This document shows, piece by piece, positions 9,472 to 16,911 of a stretch of DNA of 29,477 bases (positions are counted from its first letter, which is position 1; each line of letters starts with the position of its first letter). Both the position numbers and the translations under genes were made by a program. Below the pieces are notes generated by a model. The model did not search any database. It saw only the letters and a list, made by a program, of their open reading frames with translations, and was not told the DNA's origin. Origin of the DNA: an uncultured Clostridia bacterium. Lineage in GTDB: Bacteria; Bacillota; Clostridia; Oscillospirales; Acutalibacteraceae. The stretch spans positions 1-29,477 of the forward strand of contig CALWMQ010000047.1 in assembly GCA_944382025.1 (NCBI GenBank). The letters run 5' to 3'.

Positions 9472-10632
9472 TCATTCATCCACCACAATATCAATCTTGG
9501 TCTTGGCACTTCCCGCGGTATATTTCGCGGCTGCCTCTAAGGGAATTTCAACCGGACCCTGTTCCTGCATGGGGGCGGCCTTTTGCCGCTCCTCATTCTG
9601 CTTCTGCAAGCCCTGGCGCACCAAAGCGGCGATCTCTTCCATCAGTTCCGGATTGGACGTCAGCAGTTCCTTGGTCTTATCCCTTCCCTGGCCCAGCCGG
9701 TTGTCCTTATAGGAAAACCAGGAGCCGGATTTCTGCACAATATCCATTTTGACTGCCAGATCCAGCAGTTCCCCTTCCCGGGAAATCCCCTTGCCGTATA
9801 TGACATCAAATTCCGCTTCTTTAAATGGGGGGGCTACCTTGTTTTTCACCACCCGCACCCGGGTATGGGAACCGATGGCCTCGGAACCGTTTTTCAGGGT
9901 TTCCGTACGGCGGACATCCAGACGCACCGAGGCGTAATATTTCAGGGCATTACCTCCCGCTGTAACCTCCGGATTCCCATAGACCACGCCCACTTTCAGG
10001 CGCAGCTGATTGATAAAAATAGCGATACAGTTGGATTTTCCCACCGCGCCGGCCAGTTTCCGCATGGCCTGGGACATCAGGCGGGCCTGAAGGCCCACAT
10101 GGCTGTCCCCCATGTCCCCTTCGATCTCAGCCCGGGGAACCAGGGCTGCCACCGAGTCCACTACCAACATATCGATAGCTCCCGAACGAATCAGGGCTTC
10201 CGCAATTTCCAGCGCTTGTTCGCCGGTATCGGGCTGGGATACCAGCAGGGAATCCACATCCACCCCAAGGGCACGGGCATACACGGGATCCAGGGCATGC
10301 TCCACATCGATGAAAGCCGCCTCGCCGCCCAGTTTCTGGGCTTCAGCCACAGCGTGAAGGGCCAGGGTAGTTTTACCGGAAGCCTCCGGCCCGTAGATCT
10401 CCACAATCCGGCCCCGCGGCAGTCCGCCAATGCCCAAAGCGGCATCCAACGTCATGGAGCCGGTAGGAATGCAGTCTACATTCATCCCCACATTTTCTCC
10501 CAGACGCATAACCGCGCCCTTGCCGAAATTTTTCTCGATCTGGGCCAATGCCGCTTCCAGAGCCTTATGTTTGTTGTCCTGTACGGCGTCTTTAGCGCCT
10601 TTCTTTTTATCGTCGGCCATGTTTTTTCCCAT
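9472..10632 (-). CDS. recA: Recombinase RecA
   Basis: [21 protein letters not shown] Walker [36 protein letters not shown]. No intein. Confidence 0.99.
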   Translation of the reverse strand: MGKNMADDKKKGAKDAVQDNKHKALEAALAQIEKNFGKGAVMRLGENVGMNVDCIPTGSMTLDAALGIGGLPRGRIVEIYGPEASGKTTLALHAVAEAQKLGGEAAFIDVEHALDPVYARALGVDVDSLLVSQPDTGEQALEIAEALIRSGAIDMLVVDSVAALVPRAEIEGDMGDSHVGLQARLMSQAMRKLAGAVGKSNCIAIFINQLRLKVGVVYGNPEVTAGGNALKYYASVRLDVRRTETLKNGSEAIGSHTRVRVVKNKVAPPFKEAEFDVIYGKGISREGELLDLAVKMDIVQKSGSWFSYKDNRLGQGRDKTKELLTSNPELMEEIAALVRQGLQKQNEERQKAAPMQEQGPVEIPLEAAAKYTAGSAKTKIDIVVDE

Positions 10633-10685
10633 CCTTCCGCTGCCGGGCAGGCTTAAAAACCCGCCTCAATACAAACCATGTTTGT

Positions 10686-10714
10686 ATTATACCGGATTTC
10701 CCCTTCGAAATCAA
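10686..10714 (-). promoter_or_regulatory. Sigma-A promoter of recA
   Basis: Minus strand TTGATT (10709-10714), 17 nt, TATAAT (10686-10691). Confidence 0.8.
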
Positions 10715-10732
10715 GGGATTCAGCCAAAAATT

Positions 10733-10746
10733 CGCACATATGTTCG
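10733..10746. promoter_or_regulatory. LexA SOS (Cheo) box
   Basis: Minus strand CGAAC-ATAT-GTGCG, one mismatch to the Firmicutes consensus CGAAC-N4-GTTCG, just upstream of the recA -35. Confidence 0.72.
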
Positions 10747-10855
10747 TATTTTGTTTTTCCGCTTCCCATTCTCCTTATTTCAGGCTTTTTCCAGGCCTCC
10801 CGCGCCCACCGCTGAACAATTTCCACCTTTCTGCCTTCTCCTTGTCTCCCTATGC

Positions 10856-10884
10856 TTGCGCTTCCCTTATCGGTCTGGTATACT
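10856..10884 (+). promoter_or_regulatory. Sigma-A promoter divergent from recA
   Basis: TTGCGC (10856-10861), 17 nt, TATACT (10879-10884) with TGn extension. Confidence 0.6.
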
Positions 10885-10915
10885 CTCCTTAAATAAACAC
10901 ACAGGAGGGATCCTT

Positions 10916-11260
10916 TTGGCGGATTGTATGCTGGTGTCCCTATCTCTGGAACAGGCAACCGATATCCTGAACAACGCCATTATTAACGGCAGTATGACCG
11001 GTGAATGTGTCGATTCCTATGACCTGGCTGCTCCTGGGAACACCCGTTGCCGGGTGCTGGTATATGAAAAGCATTACTACCGGGCCGGCAACCGTCTGAC
11101 CCTAACCGTCACCCTGGACAATTTTACCGGTCCTACCCGGATCTGCTGTGTCGGGGGCGGCGGCGGAGAAGGTTTCTTTTCTTTTGATTGGGGGGCGGCG
11201 GACAGTTTTGCCCAATCGGCTATCAAGGCCCTGCGGCCTTACCAAATCGCAACTCCCTAA
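10916..11260 (+). CDS. Small uncharacterised protein, DUF6054-like (114 aa)
   Basis: TTG start after an AGGAGG RBS. YEKHYYRAGNRLTLTVTLDN...GGGGEGFFSFDWGAADSF resembles DUF6054 proteins (from recall, not a search). Confidence 0.65.
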   Translation: MADCMLVSLSLEQATDILNNAIINGSMTGECVDSYDLAAPGNTRCRVLVYEKHYYRAGNRLTLTVTLDNFTGPTRICCVGGGGGEGFFSFDWGAADSFAQSAIKALRPYQIATP

Positions 11261-11344
11261 AAAACGCCCCGGGTAAATTTCCCATGGCCTCCTCTTTCGG
11301 AGGGCACTGCGGCATCTCCCAATTGCCCGCAAGCCGGACACGCC

Positions 11345-11484
11345 AAGTTTTCGCCCGCCTTTTTCAAAAGACGACGCCCGGGAGCGCCCACAGGGCGGGA
11401 GACAGCGAGCCGGGGTTGACGCCGCGTTCAAAACCGTCAGCCGCGCTTGCGGCGCAGGTTGGTTTTGGCAACCGCAAGGGGAGG
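11345..11484 (+). repeat. Dispersed structured intergenic repeat, copy 1 (3' end truncated)
   Basis: AAGTTTTCGCCCGCCTTTTTCAAAAG...CGCCCACAGGGCG...CAAAACCGTCAGCCGC...GGTTTTGG...CCGCAAGG. Hand alignment to the reverse complement of 14946-15084 gives 21 differences in 140 columns (~85%). Confidence 0.9.
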
Positions 11485-11521
11485 TGGGGACTGGGGCCCT
11501 TTTAGATTCCCTATAAAAGTC

Positions 11522-11561
11522 AGAATTCCCGCCGTCCTTGAAACCGGACGGCGGGAATTCT
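11522..11561. terminator. Probable bidirectional terminator between the DUF6054-like gene and sigF
   Basis: Perfect 16-bp stem AGAATTCCCGCCGTCC / GGACGGCGGGAATTCT with an 8-nt loop, between convergent genes. Confidence 0.8.
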
Positions 11562-11594
11562 TCGTTATCCACATATTTTGCTGACGGTTTGTCC

Positions 11595-12254
11595 CTATCC
11601 CGTCAGCCGCTTGCGCATCTCCTGCAATATAACCCTTTCCCGACGGGAAACCTGTACCTGGGTCATCCCCAGCTTTTCCGCCGTAACCTGTTGGGTATGG
11701 CGGTTGAGATACCGCAGGACAATTAAGGCCCGATCCCGCGGATCCAACTCCCCTAATACCTGCTGCAATGCCAGATGATCGGTGATGGCTTCTTCCGGCG
11801 GCGATACCGGCACGTCAATCTCCTCCCCGTCATCCTCCTCTCCGGAGCGGGTCAGGGACAGGGCTGGCAAGGATGCTCCTAACGCTTCCACTGCCTGCTC
11901 TCTCTCTACCCCCAGCAGATCAGCCAGCTCCCCAACAGTGGGTTCCCGCCCTTCCCGGGCGGCGAAAGCATCCCGCTCCCGGGCCGCCCGTATAGACAGC
12001 TCCTTCAGGGACCGGCTCACCTTCACCGTCCCTCCGTCCCGGAACAATCGGCGGATTTCCCCCAGGATTACCGGCACCGCATAGGTGGAAAATTTCAGTC
12101 CCCTTTCCTCCTCAAAACCATCGGCCGCCTTTACCAGCCCCATACATCCCGCTTGAAACAGGTCATCATATTCCACTCCCCGGCTCATAAAACGCCGGGC
12201 GCAGGAATGCACCAGCCCTATATTATCACAAATTCGCTGTTCCCGGTCTATCAA
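11595..12254 (-). CDS. sigF: Forespore RNA polymerase sigma factor SigF
   Basis: DDLFQAGCMGLVKA, FSTYAVPVILGEIRRLFRD, VKVSRSLKE and QVQVSRRE; third gene after spoIIAA and spoIIAB; TTG start overlaps the spoIIAB stop. Confidence 0.9.
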   Translation of the reverse strand: MIDREQRICDNIGLVHSCARRFMSRGVEYDDLFQAGCMGLVKAADGFEEERGLKFSTYAVPVILGEIRRLFRDGGTVKVSRSLKELSIRAARERDAFAAREGREPTVGELADLLGVEREQAVEALGASLPALSLTRSGEEDDGEEIDVPVSPPEEAITDHLALQQVLGELDPRDRALIVLRYLNRHTQQVTAEKLGMTQVQVSRRERVILQEMRKRLTG

Positions 12255-12700
12255 GACAGCTTCGCCTGCCGTTCACGGAGCACTATGTATTTTTCCATGG
12301 TTACCACCGTGCCCTTTCCCTTTTTGGAGGAAACCTTCAGCTTGTCCGTAAAGCTTTCCATCACCGAGAAGCCCAGCCCCGAACGGTCGTCACCTCCTGT
12401 GGTAAACAGAGGCTCCATGGCTTGCTTTACGTCCTCGATGCCACAGCCCTTGTCCCGGATTTTGATAACCGTCCTCCCGTTCTCAAACAGCCGCATCTGC
12501 AGGGTAATATCCCCAATCGTATCCCGGTAAGCGTGAACGATACAGTTGGTTACCGCCTCCGATACGGCGGTGCGAAGATCCGCCAGCTCGTCCACCGCCG
12601 GATCCAGCTGGGAAAGAAACGCCGCTACCGCCGCCCGGGCAAAACCTTCGTTAGCCGACCGGCTGGGAAAAGTCAGTTTCATTTCATTGATGGGTTTCAC
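12251..12700 (-). CDS. spoIIAB: Anti-sigma-F factor / kinase
   Basis: NEGFARAAV, SEAVTNCIVHAY, DKGCGI, FTT..RSGLGF GHKL motifs; GTG start (12700) after AGGAGG. Confidence 0.95.
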   Translation of the reverse strand: MKPINEMKLTFPSRSANEGFARAAVAAFLSQLDPAVDELADLRTAVSEAVTNCIVHAYRDTIGDITLQMRLFENGRTVIKIRDKGCGIEDVKQAMEPLFTTGGDDRSGLGFSVMESFTDKLKVSSKKGKGTVVTMEKYIVLRERQAKLS

Positions 12701-13073
12701 GAGTCTGTTCCTCCTTTTTTGAACCGGATGCGCCGGCGCTTTCACTGCTGGGTTCTCCCTGCCCGGGCGGAGCCAGCACCTGAAGCTTGTCCAGCCCTGC
12801 CAGACGCATGACCTTCTGAATCCGTTCCGACGCACCGGTAACCGTCAGCTTTCCTCCTGTCAGGCGCATCAACCGGTACCGCCCCATCACCAGGCCGATC
12901 CCGGAACTGTCCATAAAGGTTACCCCTTCAAAATCCAATCTGAGTTCCTTGGCTCCCGTCCGGTCAACCGCTCCGTCTATCTGCTCCCGCAAAGACCGGG
13001 CCGCGTGATGGTCCAGCTCCCCCGACAGCCAGACGGTTACGCCAGCCGGTGAGGCGTCCATTCGAATCACCAT
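12684..13073 (-). CDS. spoIIAA: Anti-sigma-F factor antagonist (STAS domain)
   Basis: LSGELDHH and VTFMDSSGIGLVMGRY (phospho-Ser motif); start moved to MVIRMD (13073) after AAGGAG. Confidence 0.94.
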   Translation of the reverse strand: MVIRMDASPAGVTVWLSGELDHHAARSLREQIDGAVDRTGAKELRLDFEGVTFMDSSGIGLVMGRYRLMRLTGGKLTVTGASERIQKVMRLAGLDKLQVLAPPGQGEPSSESAGASGSKKEEQTRETHQ

Positions 13074-13193
13074 TGCTTTTTCACTCTCCTTATGTATCCC
13101 TTTGCTGACGGCATCCGCGTACCATCCCCGGAAGCCGGGGCCGTTGCCGCTGGGCTTTTCCATTGACCGCCTTTTCCCTCAAAACCATCAATC

Positions 13194-13245
13194 AAAAAAG
13201 GACAAGTCCCCGTCATGTTTCCATGATAAGGGCTTGTCCTTTTTT
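13194..13245 (-). terminator. Intrinsic terminator after folC
   Basis: AAAAAAGGACAAGTCCC...GGGCTTGTCCTTTTTT long stem with T-tracts on both strands. Confidence 0.8.
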
Positions 13246-13282
13246 ATGCATGAGAATTCCGCTGTCGAATTCCGGGATTGGT

Positions 13283-14584
13283 TCAGTTATTTTGCCGGAT
13301 ATCGGCGAGTTTGATCAAACGGGGCCGAAGAACGGATGAAACATAGAATGACCCCGCTATGAGCAATGGCCCCCCTGCCGCTTTTTGAAGCGCCCGGTCC
13401 AGAGCCGCCGTCATATCCTCAACCGCCTCCACATCGGGGCATCCGGGGCGTAACAGCTCCGCCAGGCCCGCTGCCGGCAGCGCCCGGGGATTAGCAGGGG
13501 TGCAGCATACGATATGGGCGCACAGCGGTGCCAGCAGGGCCGCACAGCCTGCGGCATCCTTATCCGCCAGCATCCCCATCACCATGGTCAACGGCATCCT
13601 GTCCTCTCTCCGGAACCCCAGCAAAGTATCTTTCAGAGCGCCGATCCCCTGCAGATTATGGGCCGCGTCCAGCATCAGCAGAGGGCTCCGGCACAGGATT
13701 TCCTGACGGCAAGGCATCCGTACCTGGGCCAGGCTTTCCACCGCCCGATCCCGCTGGAAAGGGATCCCCTTTTCTTCCAATAATCTGAGTGTTTCCAGGG
13801 CGGTCAGGGCGTTATCCCTCTGGAAGGCCCCAGTCAGGGCCAAGTCCACCGGCACCCCTTCCCAGGAAAAACGAAGTTTTCCCTGCCCCTCTTCCAGCAG
13901 GGGCGCGGCGGCACGGTTGGGCATCCGTACCGTCAGGCCTAAACCCGCCGCTTCCTCCAGGATAATCCCTAGTGCCTCGGGAGTCTGTCCCGGACTCGCT
14001 ACCACGCCGCAGCCCCGTTTCAGGATCCCGCACTTATTCCGGGCGATCTCCTCCACTGTAGATCCCAGTAAATTCTGATGATCCGGGCTGATGGGCGTAA
14101 ATACCGCCGCCAGGGGAGCCGTGAATACGTTGGTAGCGTCATCACGGCCTCCCAAGCCGCATTCCACAATACACAAACCGGTTTTTTCCCGGGCGAACCA
14201 CAGCAATGCCAAGGCGGTTGTCAGTTCGAATTCCGACAACCCTCCGCATCCCCCCATTTCCGGAGCATAAGACAGCAGTTCTTCCGTTAAGCGGGCAAAG
14301 GTTTCTTCCGGTATGGGTTTTCCGTCCACCGTCATGGTATCCCGTATCCCCGTTACCGCCGGGGAGGTGTATAGTCCGGTACAAACCCCTGAGGCGCTGG
14401 CCATAGCCTGGATCATCTTTGCGGTGGAACCTTTGCCGTTGGTACCCGCCACGTGTACCACACGCAGCGTATCCTGAGGATTTCCCAGCAGGCTTAATAT
14501 GCGCCGCATCCGGGCCAGGCCCATTTTCATTCCTCCGGGTTTCAGGGCGTCTATAGCCTCCAAAGCCTGTATATAAGTCATCAT
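13283..14584 (-). CDS. folC: Folylpolyglutamate synthase / dihydrofolate synthase
   Basis: HVAGTNGKGST P-loop, VECGLGGRDDATN, LDAAHN and GSFY. Confidence 0.94.
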   Translation of the reverse strand: MMTYIQALEAIDALKPGGMKMGLARMRRILSLLGNPQDTLRVVHVAGTNGKGSTAKMIQAMASASGVCTGLYTSPAVTGIRDTMTVDGKPIPEETFARLTEELLSYAPEMGGCGGLSEFELTTALALLWFAREKTGLCIVECGLGGRDDATNVFTAPLAAVFTPISPDHQNLLGSTVEEIARNKCGILKRGCGVVASPGQTPEALGIILEEAAGLGLTVRMPNRAAAPLLEEGQGKLRFSWEGVPVDLALTGAFQRDNALTALETLRLLEEKGIPFQRDRAVESLAQVRMPCRQEILCRSPLLMLDAAHNLQGIGALKDTLLGFRREDRMPLTMVMGMLADKDAAGCAALLAPLCAHIVCCTPANPRALPAAGLAELLRPGCPDVEAVEDMTAALDRALQKAAGGPLLIAGSFYVSSVLRPRLIKLADIRQNN

Positions 14585-14734
14585 AGCTATTCATTCCTTT
14601 TCCATACGCCGACACACAGCAAATCGGATTTTAGCTCAGGGTACTCTGGGCAGTGGCCTCTTGGGACAGGCCGGTATCTGTCCGGGCCGTGGGCCCGATG
14701 CCCCAGGTGATCCTTTTCCCCATTTTTCGGTAAA

Positions 14735-14763
14735 AGTATAACACACTCCTATAGGGATAGCAA
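14735..14763 (-). promoter_or_regulatory. Sigma-A promoter of folC
   Basis: Minus strand TTGCTA (14758-14763), 17 nt, TATACT (14735-14740) with TGn extension. Implies a ~145-nt leader. Confidence 0.7.
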
Positions 14764-14815
14764 TTCCGCACTGGTTATCCCTTTCTACAAACCGCCGTAC
14801 ACGCCCGGCAATATA

Positions 14816-14841
14816 AAAAGCGGCCCCTTTTGGGGCCGCTT
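14816..14841 (-). terminator. Intrinsic terminator of the spoIIR transcript
   Basis: AAGCGGCCCC-AAAA-GGGGCCGCTT followed by TTTATATT on the minus strand. Confidence 0.75.
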
Positions 14842-14903
14842 CAACTAGCCGGTGAGCTGAAAGTCGCGGAACAAACAGACACATGCCGAATTGGGGGATG
14901 GAA

Positions 14904-15084
14904 AAGGATTTCGCCCTCTGCGGAAGGCGACGGGGGCTTTGCCCCCCTTCCCTTGCGGTGCCCAAAACCGCCCCGCGCCGCTCCCGCGGCTGCCGGTTTG
15001 AACGCAGTACCAACCCCGGCTCGCTGTTTCCCGCCCTGCGGGCGCTCCCAGGCGTTGCCTTTTGAAAAAGGCGGGTGAAAACTT
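14904..15084 (-). repeat. Dispersed structured intergenic repeat, copy 2 (longest; imperfect terminal inverted repeats)
   Basis: Core 14946-15084 matches copy 1 in the opposite orientation. Ends are AAGGATTTCGCCC (14904-14916) and GGGTGAAAACTT (15073-15084). Confidence 0.9.
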
Positions 15085-15128
15085 CCTGTGGGATATGGGA
15101 AACGGCACTTGAAAAGGAATATAGATAC

Positions 15129-15803
15129 CTATTCATTGTCCGACACGGTCGGCTCCGCTTCCACTGCGGCTCCATCCTCTTCCGATCCAAACCATTCCCT
15201 AAACTGGTGGGTCATCCCTTCCCATAGCTCCACCAATTTAAAGCGGACTTCATACTTCTCCGGCTGGGTCACAATCTCCACTTGTTCCTGATCCAGCACA
15301 TCCTCCAACCCTTTATGCTCCCCGGCGGCAGCCACACAAATAGGCGGGAACACCACACACCACCAGTTTTTGCCTTCCCCTTCCCCAATAGTAATCCGTA
15401 CCGCGTCATACATCCCGGCGGGAAGAGTACCGCTGTCATACACCCGTGTGGTGAAATACATATGGGTTAAATAGGCATCTACCTCATAATCATATCCTTG
15501 GTCAATCACCGTCTGCTGGGCAACTGCCTCAATCTCCGGCAACCTGTCCCGGGCAATCTCCAGAGCGTCAGACACATTGTCCGCGGAGTCAAACAGCCCT
15601 GCCGCCGCCTGTGTCACCGCGTCCCTTACCAGAAGCTTCAGAGCCTGATCCTCCTCGCTGTCCGAATTGGCCAGCACATGCAGGCGTAATACCTTATCCC
15701 GGATCTCTCCGCAGTCCCGGGCAAACCCCCAGGTAAAACCGCACATGGACAGAATCACAGTCAATACCAGTCCCATTGCCAGGGCCTTGACGCTTCTTTT
15801 CAT
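15129..15803 (-). CDS. spoIIR: Stage II sporulation protein R
   Basis: N-terminal signal/TM segment, RLHVLANSDSEEDQALKL, LPAGMYDAVRITIGEGEGKNWWCVVFPPIC. Confidence 0.96.
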   Translation of the reverse strand: MKRSVKALAMGLVLTVILSMCGFTWGFARDCGEIRDKVLRLHVLANSDSEEDQALKLLVRDAVTQAAAGLFDSADNVSDALEIARDRLPEIEAVAQQTVIDQGYDYEVDAYLTHMYFTTRVYDSGTLPAGMYDAVRITIGEGEGKNWWCVVFPPICVAAAGEHKGLEDVLDQEQVEIVTQPEKYEVRFKLVELWEGMTHQFREWFGSEEDGAAVEAEPTVSDNE

Positions 15804-15858
15804 AAATAATCCCGCCTTTCCGGAAGGAGCGGCATCTCAGCCGCTGCCTGATACCTCC

Positions 15859-15886
15859 AGTATGGGCGGGAAAAAACAGCTTATTC
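15859..15886 (-). promoter_or_regulatory. Putative SigF/SigG-type promoter of spoIIR
   Basis: Minus strand GAATA (15882-15886), 17 nt, CATACT (15859-15864). Fits the known SigF control of spoIIR. Confidence 0.5.
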
Positions 15887-15931
15887 AACAAACGGTAAAA
15901 ATTTCCTGCTATCCGCTAACGCAGATATATC

Positions 15932-16837
15932 CTACAACTCCCCGGCATCGTTCTCTGACAGTTCCCGTGGACCATGGGGGCATGGACGGCAGCAAAAAAC
16001 CGTTTCATACTCCCGTTTCAGAGCCGCCGCGCAGCGCCGAGCCTCTGTCTCCTCTGAAAACAGGCCGAACACGGCGGATCCGCTGCCCGTCATACAGCAT
16101 CCCAGAGTGGCATGCTCCCGCATGATCCGGCGGATACAGGCGATTTCCGGCAGGGCCAGGGCCTCTTCGAAAACATTGCATAGTTCCCGGGACACGGTAT
16201 CCAGTTCCCCGGCGCACAGGGCATCTTCCACCACCGAGGTATGGGGGCGGCGGCGCAGGACCGCCCGGTCAATCCGCCGGTATGCCTCCGGTGTGGAAAC
16301 CCCGCAGTCCGGCTTGGCTATCACCACAAAGCAGTCCGGCAGGGAGGGCAGCGGCGTAAGGATGGTACCGGTTCCTTCCGCGAACGCGGCTCCGCCCATG
16401 ACGCAGAAGGGGACATCCGCCCCCACCTTCGCGCCGACAGAGCACAGTTCCTCTTGGGTCAGCCGGGCATCCGTCAGCCGGTTGAGCGCCCACAAAGTGC
16501 CAGCCGCGTCCGCACTGCCCCCCGCCATCCCCGCCTGTACGGGGATCCTCTTATGCAGGGTGATCAATATCCCGGGATTTTCTATTCCTTGATCCTCAAC
16601 CGCCTTGAAAAAGGCCTCTGCCGCTTTGTAGGCGGTGTTTGAGGGGCCGTCAGGTATGCCTTCCTCCCCTGTCTGCAGCACGATATCGCCCGGTTTCCCA
16701 TGCTGCCGCACGGTAACCTGGTCGCATAAACTTACCGCCTGCATCACCGTCTCAATCAGATGGTAGCCGTCCTCCCGGCGTCCGGTGACATCCAGGGTAA
16801 GATTGATTTTTGCCGGTGCCTCCACTGTTACAGTCAT
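15932..16837 (-). CDS. ispE: 4-(cytidine 5'-diphospho)-2-C-methyl-D-erythritol kinase
   Basis: APAKINLTL, IPVQAGMAGGSADAA, GADVPFC and MTGSGS; start moved to MTVTVE (16837). Confidence 0.95.
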   Translation of the reverse strand: MTVTVEAPAKINLTLDVTGRREDGYHLIETVMQAVSLCDQVTVRQHGKPGDIVLQTGEEGIPDGPSNTAYKAAEAFFKAVEDQGIENPGILITLHKRIPVQAGMAGGSADAAGTLWALNRLTDARLTQEELCSVGAKVGADVPFCVMGGAAFAEGTGTILTPLPSLPDCFVVIAKPDCGVSTPEAYRRIDRAVLRRRPHTSVVEDALCAGELDTVSRELCNVFEEALALPEIACIRRIMREHATLGCCMTGSGSAVFGLFSEETEARRCAAALKREYETVFCCRPCPHGPRELSENDAGEL

Positions 16838-16911
16838 GGATTTCTCCCTTTCCCTTCCGCCGCTGCCCTCAGCCACGGTACGCCGTTCTCCCGAAACAGA
16901 TGGTAACCGCC

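Noticed and set aside
9583-10656. 357-aa ORF antisense to recA (likewise 1318-2178, 1944-2690, 20071-20793, 23926-24630, 26248-26862, 27644-28543)
   Set aside because: These are shadow ORFs fully overlapping well-supported genes on the other strand.
11102-11572. ORFs 11102-11572, 14636-15190, 14830-15078 and 22949-23515 sharing peptides such as PPCGRS..FEKGGRKL
   Set aside because: The similarity comes from translating the DNA repeat. An indel shifts the frame between copies, copy 2 has a stop, and none has an RBS.
13140-13190. Possible SigH promoter for spoIIA (GAGGGAAAA...GAAAA)
   Set aside because: Spacing is 8 nt against the 11-12 nt consensus and the -10 is mismatched; not supportable by eye.
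14590-14730. THF or ZTP riboswitch call for the folC leader
   Set aside because: Only a CAGAGTA fragment and a CCTGGG fragment resemble the consensus, and in the wrong positions; kept as an unassigned structure.
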